Shown here in pieces: positions 12,722 through 21,294 of a DNA stretch of 24,000 nt. The position numbers and the translations under genes are program-made. Source of the DNA: Fusobacterium necrogenes (lineage in GTDB: Bacteria > Fusobacteriota > Fusobacteriia > Fusobacteriales > Fusobacteriaceae); the NCBI RefSeq assembly GCF_900450765.1, contig NZ_UGGU01000003.1, positions 1,416,854 through 1,440,853 of the forward strand, read 5' to 3'. Numbering within the stretch: the stretch's first letter is position 1; every line of letters starts with the position of its first letter. Below the pieces are notes generated by a model. That model made no database searches and had not been told where the DNA came from. It saw only the letters and a program-made list of their open reading frames with translations.

Positions 12722-12873
12722 TCAAGAATGACAAAGATTGAAAAGAATAAATAGAGCAAGTCAGCGAAAATAAACGCTAAAAAACACAACTGTTTGAGAC
12801 AAAGTCGAGTTTTGTGTTTTTAGTGAATTAAGCCATACTTGCTCTTTATTCTTTGAACGAAAGTCATTCTTGA
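12722..12873 (-). ncRNA. Candidate structured RNA: long imperfect rod-like hairpin (unclassified; possible sRNA, 6S-like RNA or cca leader)
   Basis: Three co-axial helices: 12722-12732:12863-12873 (11 bp), 12742-12751:12845-12854 (10 bp) and 12754-12761:12837-12844 (8 bp). They enclose an asymmetric bubble and a terminal hairpin, 12780-12789:12812-12821 (10 bp). On the minus strand a TGTTATAAT box lies 12 nt upstream and ATTTTTAT follows. Strand assignment is tentative. Confidence 0.3.
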
Positions 12874-12885
12874 TTTATTTTATTT

Positions 12886-12894
12886 ATTATAACA
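12886..12894 (-). promoter_or_regulatory. Extended -10 box (TGTTATAAT) immediately upstream of the hairpin element
   Basis: The minus-strand reading of 12886-12894 is TGTTATAAT. The -35 is poor (TTTTAA). The predicted TSS near 12879 is about 5 nt before the closing helix. Confidence 0.3.
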
Positions 12895-12915
12895 TTTTAA
12901 ATTAAATTTTAAAAA

Positions 12916-14832
12916 TTATTTATCAAATTTTACTTGAGCTTCGTCAATAATCATATCTAAGAACTCATCAAGTTTCATAGAAGTTTGCTCTTGAGAACCT
13001 CTTCTTCTAATATTAACTTCTCTATTTTCAACTTCATTTTTACCAATGATTAATTGAACAGGAACTTTATATTTTCCATTAGCTTCTCTTATCTTGTATC
13101 CAATAGATTCTGCTCTATCATCTAGCTCTGCTCTTATTCCTCTCTCTAGTAAAATTCTACAAATTTCCTCAGCATAAGGTTTTGTTTCATCATTAATAGT
13201 TAAAACTTTTACTTGAGTAGGTGCTAACCACAATGGGAAAGCTCCAGCATAGTGCTCTATTAAGATTCCTATAAATCTTTCAATAGAACCATAAACAACT
13301 CTATGAATCATAACTGGTCTATGTTTCTCTCCATCTTCACCTATGTAGCTTATATCAAATCTTTCTGGTAAGTTGAAGTCTAATTGGATAGTTCCACATT
13401 GCCAAGTTCTTCCAATAGCATCTTTAATTTTGAAGTCTAATTTTGGTCCATAAAAAGCTCCATCTCCAGGATTTAATTTATATGGTCTTCCTATCTTATC
13501 TAAAGCTGCAGCAAGAGCCGATTCAGCTTTTTCCCAAATCTCATCAGAACCAATAGCTTTTTCTGGTTTTGTAGATAATTCTATATGATACTCAAATCCA
13601 AATAACTTACTATAGAATTTATCTATTAAGTTTACTACCCCTATAATTTCATCTTCTATTTGCTCTGGAGTCATAAATATATGTGCATCATCTTGAGTGA
13701 AACATCTAACTCTCATAAGTCCATGTAATGCCCCTGAAAATTCATGTCTATGTACAGTTCCTAATTCCCCACATCTGATTGGTAAATCTTTATATGAGTG
13801 TAACTGATGTTTATAAGTAATTACTCCACCTGGACAGTTCATTGGTTTGATTGCAAAATCTGTTTCATCTATTGTCGATGTATACATATTTTCTCTGTAA
13901 TTAAACCAGTGTCCTGAAATTTCCCATAGCTCTCTATTTAACATAATTGGAGTCATAATCTCTGTATATCCAGCAAGAGTATGTTCTTTCTTCCATAAAT
14001 CAATAAGTGTATTTCTTATCGCCATTCCTTTTGGTAAGAATATTGGAAATCCAGGCCCATAGTCACTTACAAAGAATAAATCTAATTCTTTTCCTAATTT
14101 TCTATGATCCCTTTTTTCTGCTTCTTCCAATAAAGTTAAATAATCTTTTAATCTTTTTTCATCAGCAAAAGCAAATCCATATATTCTTTGTAGCATTTTA
14201 TTATCAGAATTTCCTCTCCAATAAGCTCCTGCTACTGATTTTAATTTGAAAGCTTTTAAATATGAAGTAGATGGTACATGTGGTCCTCTACATAAATCCA
14301 TGAATTCTCCTTGTTTATAGAAAGACAACATTTCACCTTGAGCTATCTCTTTTATAATTTCTACTTTATATTCTTCCCCTAATTCTTCAAAGTGCTTTAT
14401 AGCATCTTCTCTAGTCATCATTATTCTTTCAACTTTTTCATTTTCTTTCACAATTTTTCTCATCTCAGCTTCTATCTTAGCTAGATCTTCTTCTGTAAAT
14501 TGTACTTTTGGATCAAAATCATAATAAAATCCATTTTCAATAGCTGGTCCTATAGCTACTTTTGTTCCTGGAAATAATCTAATTACAGCCTGTGCCATAA
14601 GATGGGCAGTAGAATGTCTTATTATCTCTTCTCCCTCTTCTGTTTCTGGAGTTATAAACTCTACTCTAACTTCTACTTCATTTAATACAGTTGACATATC
14701 TACTAATTCATCATTTACTCTAGCTGCAATTGCTTTTTTAGCAAGAGAATTACTTACACTTTTAGCTATCGTAAATAAGTTTACCTTTCCTTCAAACTCT
14801 TTTGCGTCTCCATCTGGTAATATTACTCTCAT
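12916..14832 (-). CDS. thrS: Threonine--tRNA ligase
   Basis: 638 aa with a TGS domain N-terminus (MRVILPDGDAKEF), editing-domain HSTAHLMAQA, class II core motifs (FRHEFSGALHGLMRVRCFTQDDAHIF) and an anticodon-binding C-terminus. SD aggagg is present. Confidence 0.95.
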   Translation of the reverse strand: MRVILPDGDAKEFEGKVNLFTIAKSVSNSLAKKAIAARVNDELVDMSTVLNEVEVRVEFITPETEEGEEIIRHSTAHLMAQAVIRLFPGTKVAIGPAIENGFYYDFDPKVQFTEEDLAKIEAEMRKIVKENEKVERIMMTREDAIKHFEELGEEYKVEIIKEIAQGEMLSFYKQGEFMDLCRGPHVPSTSYLKAFKLKSVAGAYWRGNSDNKMLQRIYGFAFADEKRLKDYLTLLEEAEKRDHRKLGKELDLFFVSDYGPGFPIFLPKGMAIRNTLIDLWKKEHTLAGYTEIMTPIMLNRELWEISGHWFNYRENMYTSTIDETDFAIKPMNCPGGVITYKHQLHSYKDLPIRCGELGTVHRHEFSGALHGLMRVRCFTQDDAHIFMTPEQIEDEIIGVVNLIDKFYSKLFGFEYHIELSTKPEKAIGSDEIWEKAESALAAALDKIGRPYKLNPGDGAFYGPKLDFKIKDAIGRTWQCGTIQLDFNLPERFDISYIGEDGEKHRPVMIHRVVYGSIERFIGILIEHYAGAFPLWLAPTQVKVLTINDETKPYAEEICRILLERGIRAELDDRAESIGYKIREANGKYKVPVQLIIGKNEVENREVNIRRRGSQEQTSMKLDEFLDMIIDEAQVKFDK

Positions 14833-14867
14833 CTTTATTCCTCCTTATCATCAATTTTTATTTTTTA

Positions 14868-17800
14868 CTAATCTACTACATCTTCTACTTCTAATCCATC
14901 AAACATATAAGTCTGTGGTTTAGTATGCTTTTTGGCATCAGTATCAGCACCAATACCAAATATTGGATTACTTGGGAATGTGAGTAGTGTAAATTGAAGA
15001 GCTGCTCTCCATTCATAATCTTTAGCACTTAGAACATATTGTTTTTCAAAAGCTAAAGACCATTGATAGTACCCCATCTCTTTTCCTATCTCTATTCCTA
15101 ACCCATCAAGTGATGATTTTCTTCTTCTCTCATCATCCTTTATCATATTTGTCAAATCTTCATAAAACTTACCATAGGCTTTTAATGTCCACCCTTCACT
15201 AGGCTTTCCTAATTTTGTAACTAGACTAATTTTATGCTCCCTATCAGTTTTAGTCCATTTACTATTTCTCCAATCAGCACTTTCATCGACTTGATAACCA
15301 ATACCGAATCTATTTTGAGAATAAAAAACTCCTGCTTGTATCTCTTTAAGCGAAGCCCAATAATCACCTGTTCTTTCATATCTAGCTTCATTCCTTTGTA
15401 ACATCAGATTTACTTTAAAGTTACGTTTATATTCAGCTATATTTGTAAATTCATCATATATATTTCTATTTAATTTAAAATCTACATGATTCCTTTCTCT
15501 ATTTCTTAGAATATCTCTTACTCTATATATCTCTTGCGGAGTAAGTGAAACGGAATCTTTATCATATTCTATTTCAGCATATTTTTTTAATTCATCATCT
15601 GTAAATCTCTTATCTCTATATTCATATCTAAATGATACCACATCAGAGTTCTGACTATTATATGATTTTCCGTCTAAAATTAAATTTTTAGCATTAGGTT
15701 CATTATGATTATAAATTTCATAGGTTGCCCTATAATAATTTTCTATCTCATTTCTTCCATCTAAAAAAGAAATTCCATAGATCTGATTTTTTACATCTAA
15801 TTCTTTTTCAAAAGTAATGTAGTTTTTTCTACTATCTCTACCTTCACTAAAATCTAATCCTAATTTATTATCACCAAAAATATATTCATAAGAATATGTA
15901 TTTAATCTAATTTTTTCTTTAGCATTATCTATACTTAACCCATTATTATACTTAGGATCTATATTGAAAATTTTTGAATTTATTCCATTATGTTGATATG
16001 CTAATTTATGTCCATCTAAGTAATAAGTAACTCCATAGTCTCTAAAAGTATAATAATTATAGTTTTCTCTATTCAATGTCTCATCTGTATACTTTCTATC
16101 TTGACCATAATTAAAACTCAAAGATTTATCCCCATCTATTTTAAAATCTAAATTATTTTTTATAACTTCATTATTTAACTCATTAGTAGCTGGATTCTCT
16201 GCTCTTTTATAATCTATTGTATAGATAGTTTCAGTATTTCCTATTGTTGTGCTAACTGTATCAACTACTTGATAAATATTATCTTTATTTTTTAATCTTA
16301 TATACTCAGCACTTCTTCCATCTATTTCATTACCAAAATTTATACTTCCAGAATCATAATCATATTTTTGATAGAATAGAGTTAAATCATTAGCCATAGA
16401 TAAATCTATATTTCTATTGATATTATCTTCATTATTAAATAGAGTCATAGTATGGTTTAATTTTAATTGAGTTCTTAAAGTTGAGTCCTCTCCACTTACA
16501 TAATTTCCTTTTCCATTATTACTATATGGATTATATCCCTTACTATACTCATCATATCTTACTCCTCCAAATAGAGCAAGTTCTCCAAAACCATCTAAAT
16601 CTATCTCATTTCTTTCAACAGTTACCTCATAAAAATCTGATTCATTCACATATTTTCTATATCCATCAACGGTATATATTCCAGTTCTATCCCAGAACTC
16701 CTCTTTAGTTTGCCCACTAGCAAATGAGAATTTTGTAGTTTCATCAAAAATATCTACATATCCTCTTTGCTGCTCGAAATCACTATAAATAATATCTTCA
16801 AATCTATTATATTGTTTACTTCTATAGTTACCCTTAATTAATTGATTAACCATAGGTACATTCTCAAGTGAGTTTCCTTTATTTTGTTCTTCCCTTTCTT
16901 TTAATGTAAGTCTCAATGGATCATTCCCTAAATCCAACTCTTTGATCTCTGAATAGTAATCATACCCTACTTTTACTTTATAATCTCTATAGAAATTATA
17001 TTCTCCGAAAGATACTCTTAAATCTTTTGTATCAAACCTATTGTACTCTTTTACTGTACTAGGAGAATAATTAGCTCTAAAATTTCTTCCATACATACTT
17101 TGATATGTCAATAAATTGTTGAGTTTTGGATCTCGTTCCCAAAGTCCTAATTTTCTAAATCTATCTCCAGTTTTTTCATCGTAAGTAAAGCCCATTTTAG
17201 TATCTTTATCTAAAAACTCAAAACCAAAATCTTCAGCTCTTGATTGAGTATCGTTAAAAGTTGACCCTGGATCCATATCATACAGATAATTATAGTAGCC
17301 ACTAACTCTATAATCAATATTATCTTTTGTCAGTTCTACTTGACTAAATAAATCATTATCTATACTACTTCCGTAAGAGATATCATCAATATCATCATAC
17401 ACCATAAGAGCATATATTTTTTTATCATCAGTAAGTTTTAACTTACTTTTTAAAGTAATATCTTTATTCTCTCCTAAATTTTTCAAATCAGCATCTATAC
17501 TAAAAAAACTCATAGTATTGGTTAAATTAGGTCTCAATCCTTCCTCTTCAGTTTTTCCAAACTTATTTCCTCTATTTGTATAATCGATTACTATATCATC
17601 TAATTTAGGAATCATATTATATGTCGCATTAATAGCATTAAAATATAGTTTTCCTTTGTTTCCATCATATTCATGAGTATAGTTTACTCTATATCTCTTA
17701 CTTCTTTCCTCATTTGATAAAAGTTGCCCATCAGTAGCATTTTCTCTATCTATTTTCTTTTCTTTTGAATATACTAACCAGTCATCTATGTCCAATTTTA

Positions 17801-18677
17801 TAGTACCAAATCTATCAGTTTTATACCAATTTTCCCATCTTCCTATTAGAAAACCCATCCTATCTGCAAATTTTGGAGCAAATCCTCCTATATATCTATC
17901 ATCTCTATCACCATATAAAAATCCCCACGTACTATTCCAGCCATAATATTGATCATCTCCCCATTCTGGAAATAATGGTACTGCTGATCCTTGTCTTATA
18001 TTAGTTCTAAACCATGGAAACCTAAAGGGTAACCTACTTTTATTTTCTACATAAAAATCACTATTTTTTAAAGTGATCTGTTTTTCAGGTTCTATTACTA
18101 TACTTTTTACTAATAAATGATAACCTGCATTATTAGGATTTCTAGTTTTATTTATATTATAATCAGTTGTTAACCAACCATCATTAATATATATTTTATT
18201 ATCTTTATACTCTACCCTATCTCCACCGAAATATATTCTGTCATTTGGTTTTTCAGCACTAGTTATTTTTCCTACTTCTAAATATCCAAAGTTATTGTAA
18301 AAAGTTCCTTCACTTCCATCTAATGCAACCTCTCCACCCTTTAAAGATTGTAAACTAATATCTCCTTGTTCATTTGAAAAAAGAGTTTGCAATTCATCAT
18401 TTATATAAGCCTTATTTCTTTCTATATCTCTTTTTAAATTATAAGCTTTTAATTCTAAGTCTCCTTGTTTGAGATTTAATCCATTTTTAGATTTCATAGT
18501 ATTATTCACTAAATCTATTTCAACCTCATCCGTGCCAGCCAGAATAGAACCTTCATTCTCCTTTTTTAGCTCTACACCTGAGTTAGATATTTCTGTCACT
18601 ATTGGAACCTTATCTATTCCCAATATAGTTAACGAAACAACCACAAATGCTATTGCCAATCTAATCCTATCTCTCAT
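14868..18677 (-). CDS. Very large outer-membrane beta-barrel protein, LptD/OstA-like (LPS-assembly) candidate
   Basis: 1269 aa with an N-terminal signal/anchor (RLAIAFVVVSLTILG). An OstA-like segment is present (EVEIDLVNNTMKSKNGLNLKQGDLELKAYNL). A block resembling the LptD junction (INDGWLTTD ... FYVENKSRLPFRFPWFRTNIRQGS..PLFPEWG...YYGW) parallels E. coli FTSC ... [29 protein letters not shown]. The remainder is rich in Y/N/D/K amphipathic strands. Confidence 0.5.
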   Translation of the reverse strand: MRDRIRLAIAFVVVSLTILGIDKVPIVTEISNSGVELKKENEGSILAGTDEVEIDLVNNTMKSKNGLNLKQGDLELKAYNLKRDIERNKAYINDELQTLFSNEQGDISLQSLKGGEVALDGSEGTFYNNFGYLEVGKITSAEKPNDRIYFGGDRVEYKDNKIYINDGWLTTDYNINKTRNPNNAGYHLLVKSIVIEPEKQITLKNSDFYVENKSRLPFRFPWFRTNIRQGSAVPLFPEWGDDQYYGWNSTWGFLYGDRDDRYIGGFAPKFADRMGFLIGRWENWYKTDRFGTIKLDIDDWLVYSKEKKIDRENATDGQLLSNEERSKRYRVNYTHEYDGNKGKLYFNAINATYNMIPKLDDIVIDYTNRGNKFGKTEEEGLRPNLTNTMSFFSIDADLKNLGENKDITLKSKLKLTDDKKIYALMVYDDIDDISYGSSIDNDLFSQVELTKDNIDYRVSGYYNYLYDMDPGSTFNDTQSRAEDFGFEFLDKDTKMGFTYDEKTGDRFRKLGLWERDPKLNNLLTYQSMYGRNFRANYSPSTVKEYNRFDTKDLRVSFGEYNFYRDYKVKVGYDYYSEIKELDLGNDPLRLTLKEREEQNKGNSLENVPMVNQLIKGNYRSKQYNRFEDIIYSDFEQQRGYVDIFDETTKFSFASGQTKEEFWDRTGIYTVDGYRKYVNESDFYEVTVERNEIDLDGFGELALFGGVRYDEYSKGYNPYSNNGKGNYVSGEDSTLRTQLKLNHTMTLFNNEDNINRNIDLSMANDLTLFYQKYDYDSGSINFGNEIDGRSAEYIRLKNKDNIYQVVDTVSTTIGNTETIYTIDYKRAENPATNELNNEVIKNNLDFKIDGDKSLSFNYGQDRKYTDETLNRENYNYYTFRDYGVTYYLDGHKLAYQHNGINSKIFNIDPKYNNGLSIDNAKEKIRLNTYSYEYIFGDNKLGLDFSEGRDSRKNYITFEKELDVKNQIYGISFLDGRNEIENYYRATYEIYNHNEPNAKNLILDGKSYNSQNSDVVSFRYEYRDKRFTDDELKKYAEIEYDKDSVSLTPQEIYRVRDILRNRERNHVDFKLNRNIYDEFTNIAEYKRNFKVNLMLQRNEARYERTGDYWASLKEIQAGVFYSQNRFGIGYQVDESADWRNSKWTKTDREHKISLVTKLGKPSEGWTLKAYGKFYEDLTNMIKDDERRRKSSLDGLGIEIGKEMGYYQWSLAFEKQYVLSAKDYEWRAALQFTLLTFPSNPIFGIGADTDAKKHTKPQTYMFDGLEVEDVVD

Positions 18678-18715
18678 ACTTGCAGTCCTCTCTCCAAACT
18701 AAATATTATTAGGTA

Positions 18716-18724
18716 ATTATACCA
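18716..18724 (-). promoter_or_regulatory. Extended -10 box upstream of the LptD-like gene
   Basis: The minus-strand reading is TGGTATAAT, 38 nt upstream of the ATG at 18677. The -35 is weak. Confidence 0.3.
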
Positions 18725-18766
18725 TATTTATATAATAATTTATATATTTTTTTTTACTTTTTCTTA

Positions 18767-18815
18767 AAAAAAATAAAAACTGACTGAATAGTTTATAGCT
18801 AATCAGTCAGTTTTT
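18767..18815 (-). terminator. Intrinsic terminator of trxA
   Basis: aaaaactgactga (18775-18787) pairs perfectly with tcagtcagttttt (18803-18815), with a 15-nt loop. It starts 1 nt after the trxA stop and is followed on the minus strand by ATTTTTTTT. Confidence 0.7.
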
Positions 18816-18816
18816 C

Positions 18817-19134
18817 TCATCTTAATTCATATAATTTTTCTTTAAGTTCTTCTTTAGATTTTAACCCATTTATTTGGCAAATTTTACTTCCAGAATTCAT
18901 AAACATTGTAACAGGAACACTTGTTATTCCAAATTTAATAGCCAAATCTGGACTTTTATCCACATTTACCTTAAATATTTTTACTTTTTCTTCTTTTGCT
19001 ATTGTTTCTAAAATTGGACTCATTATCTTACATGGCCCACACCAATCTGCAATAAAATTCAAAATTACAATCCCTTTCTCATTTCGAATATTTTCAGCAA
19101 ATGTCATATCATCTAAATCCATCAAAGTATTCAA
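18817..19134 (-). CDS. trxA: Thioredoxin
   Basis: 105 aa with the WCGPC active site. The start codon is TTG at 19132-19134, with AGGAGG 5 nt upstream. The first in-frame ATG (residue 5) would be 17 nt from the SD. Confidence 0.85.
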   Translation of the reverse strand: MNTLMDLDDMTFAENIRNEKGIVILNFIADWCGPCKIMSPILETIAKEEKVKIFKVNVDKSPDLAIKFGITSVPVTMFMNSGSKICQINGLKSKEELKEKLYELR

Positions 19135-19223
19135 TCCTTCCTCCTAATTTCTGAAAATTCTTAATTTAGTAGTTAGAAATTGTTCATTTATAATTTTACC
19201 TTAATTTTCAAAAAAATCAAGCC

Positions 19224-20558
19224 TTAATTATAAATTTTCATCATAATTTGATTTTTTTTCTCTCCTTCTCTAACTCCCTTTATAACAGATATCGACTTAG
19301 ACGTATCTCCTATTAAAATTGCTCCTTTCAACACCTCATTTTCAAAGAAAAGTTTTATATATGTATCTCCAGTTTCATTATAATCTTCTACTATCTCCTG
19401 GCACTTAACTTCAGATTTTATTTCTCCAATTGAAAGAAGTTGTGTATTCATTCCTTCAAAGCTAAGTGGTTGTATTTGTTCAGTATATACCCTTTCTTCT
19501 CCACAAATATTAGCTCCTACCACCTTTCCTTGCTCCATAGCTACTTGCCAAAGACCTACTATTTTAGTATTAAATTCAGCTACATCTCCACAAGCATAAA
19601 CATCTTTTAGGGATGTTTCCATTCTCTCATTTACTAATATACCTCTATTTATCTTTATCCCTGAAGCCATAGCAAATTCTACATTTGGACAAATTCCAGC
19701 ACTTATAATAACAAATTCTGCTTGTATCTCTTGTCCATCTTTTAAAAGAATCTTTTCTACTTTTTTATCCCCAACAAATCCTTTAATTTCTACTCCAGTC
19801 ATAATATTTACCCCTGAAGTTTTTATAATTTTTTCTAATAAAAAGCTCCCCTTTTCGTCTAATTGTCTAGGTAATACTCTTGGCATAACCTCTAATACGG
19901 TTACATTAGCTCCAAGATTTTTTAGACCCCAAGCAGCTTCTAATCCAAGAACTCCTCCTCCAATCACTACTACATTTTTACATTTTTTAGCTAATTCTTT
20001 TATCTCAAGAGTTTCTTTTAATTCTCTTATTACCCTCACACCATCTAAAGCTTTATTTTCAAATGGTGGAACAAAACATCTTGCTCCAGTAGCTATTACT
20101 AACGAATCATATTTTAATTTTTCATTATTAGAAAGAATAACAGCTTTTTCACCATTTAAAATAGATGTAACTTCTTCATTTAACATCACTTTTATATTTC
20201 TCTCATCATACCAAGACTGTTTTTTTATCTCCATTCTTTCCATTGGAATATCATTATCTAATATCTCTGTAAGTCTTGTTCTATAGTATGGTAAGTATCC
20301 TTCTTTTGAAATGATAGTTATTTTTGCTAATTTATTTTTAGCACTGATAGAATCAGCTACATTTACAGCAGCTACTCCTCCTCCTATTATTACTACATCA
20401 ATTTCTTTTGCAGTAGAATTTTCTGATACTTCTACTTCTACCAATTCAAAAAGCTCCTGTCCTACTCCACAAACTGGACAAGTTGCTGGTTTTTTATCAT
20501 AATCAAATAACTCATCACATACTGTACATCTCCATTTTTTCACTAACATTTCCTTCAC
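19224..20558 (-). CDS. Rubredoxin-like domain fused to an FAD/NAD(P)H pyridine-nucleotide-disulfide-family oxidoreductase (NAD(P)H:rubredoxin reductase-like)
   Basis: The N-terminal 35 aa carry two CxxC pairs (WRCTVCDE...TCPVCG), followed by Rossmann motifs VVIIGGGVAAVN and VVVIGGGVLGLEAA and an FAD motif YACGDVA. Confidence 0.75.
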   Translation of the reverse strand: MKEMLVKKWRCTVCDELFDYDKKPATCPVCGVGQELFELVEVEVSENSTAKEIDVVIIGGGVAAVNVADSISAKNKLAKITIISKEGYLPYYRTRLTEILDNDIPMERMEIKKQSWYDERNIKVMLNEEVTSILNGEKAVILSNNEKLKYDSLVIATGARCFVPPFENKALDGVRVIRELKETLEIKELAKKCKNVVVIGGGVLGLEAAWGLKNLGANVTVLEVMPRVLPRQLDEKGSFLLEKIIKTSGVNIMTGVEIKGFVGDKKVEKILLKDGQEIQAEFVIISAGICPNVEFAMASGIKINRGILVNERMETSLKDVYACGDVAEFNTKIVGLWQVAMEQGKVVGANICGEERVYTEQIQPLSFEGMNTQLLSIGEIKSEVKCQEIVEDYNETGDTYIKLFFENEVLKGAILIGDTSKSISVIKGVREGEKKNQIMMKIYN

Positions 20559-20604
20559 CTCTTAAATTATCTATTATCTCTTCCCATAACTATTTTAAAA
20601 TAAA

Positions 20605-21294
20605 TTAATTTCTCTTTAGTCTCTCTTCCCTTTCTCTTTCTGCTTGAGATTTATTTACATAAAATGGCTCTAGTGTATATAGATTATCTTCTTGCATATC
20701 AATAGCCATCTGCCCTGCTAAAACACTTCTAGGTATAGAGTTTCCTTTTGAAACTATTTTTGCTTTCTCTCCTAATACCTCTTTTATTATTTTTTCATAT
20801 GCAATAGCTCCATCTCCACAAAAAATCATATTTTTACCTTCTAACTCTTCTAAAAGATTCCTTAATTCTCCATCTTTATATTCTAAAACTCTTTTTATAT
20901 CTTCCTTTTTTTCATAAATTGAATAATATACTCTCTCTTTTCTAGCATCTAAAAGTGGAACTATTACCCCTTCTCCACACTCTGTATTTTGAACTAATAA
21001 ATCTAATTCGTTTATTCCTACAATACTTTTTTTTGTTCCATAACATAGCCCTTTAGCTACAGCTACCCCTATTCTTATTCCTGTAAAAGACCCAGGTCCA
21101 ACAGTTACAGCCACTCTATCTACATCTTTTATAGAAAGTTTTGTCATCTTAAAAAGATTATCTATCATCTCCATAATAACTGCTGAATGATTTACTTTTA
21201 CATAAAGATTTAACTCTCCAATAACTCCTATTCTATCATCAAATAGAGAGACGCTTCCTATCTTAGTTGCTGTATCAATAGCTAAAACCAACAT
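20605..21294 (-). CDS. tsaB: tRNA t6A37 biosynthesis protein TsaB
   Basis: 229 aa with N-terminus MLVLAIDTAT and GPGSFTGIRIGV typical of TsaB/YeaZ. Its start overlaps the tsaE 3' end by 20 nt. Confidence 0.85.
   Translation of the reverse strand: MLVLAIDTATKIGSVSLFDDRIGVIGELNLYVKVNHSAVIMEMIDNLFKMTKLSIKDVDRVAVTVGPGSFTGIRIGVAVAKGLCYGTKKSIVGINELDLLVQNTECGEGVIVPLLDARKERVYYSIYEKKEDIKRVLEYKDGELRNLLEELEGKNMIFCGDGAIAYEKIIKEVLGEKAKIVSKGNSIPRSVLAGQMAIDMQEDNLYTLEPFYVNKSQAEREREERLKRN

Noticed and set aside
12728-12754. 8-codon mini-ORF (ATG ACA AAG ATT GAA AAG AAT AAA TAG) within the left arm of the long hairpin
   Set aside because: It has no SD, sits on the strand opposite the candidate promoter, and is too short to support a leader peptide or type I toxin.
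14007-14249. 80-aa antisense ORF in thrS
   Set aside because: Antisense to a highly conserved gene, with a low-complexity product.
14833-14867. T-box or operator-type leader upstream of thrS
   Set aside because: Only 35 nt separate thrS from the preceding stop codon, and they hold just an SD. There is no room for a ~200-nt T-box, and no specifier or T-box sequence is seen.
16481-16708. 75-aa antisense ORF inside the LptD-like gene (also 18469-18702)
   Set aside because: Antisense shadow ORFs in AT-rich DNA with His/Tyr/Leu-rich low-complexity products and no SD.
14868-18677. Reading the 1269-aa protein as a type V autotransporter adhesin (common in Fusobacteria)
   Set aside because: It has no passenger-like tandem repeats or a C-terminal 12-strand translocator signature. 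The N-terminus instead shows OstA/LptD-like motifs. The alternative is kept open in the confidence score.
19135-19223. Possible trxA promoter (minus-strand TTGATT, 16-nt spacer, TAAAAT at 19193-19220)
   Set aside because: The hexamers are plausible but weak in DNA of roughly 70% A+T, where such matches occur by chance. It is not listed as a feature.
20311-20502. 63-aa antisense ORF in the oxidoreductase gene (also 22102-22305 in hldC and 22718-22903 in the Nudix gene)
   Set aside because: Same reasoning: these are antisense shadows of confidently assigned genes, with no translation signals.
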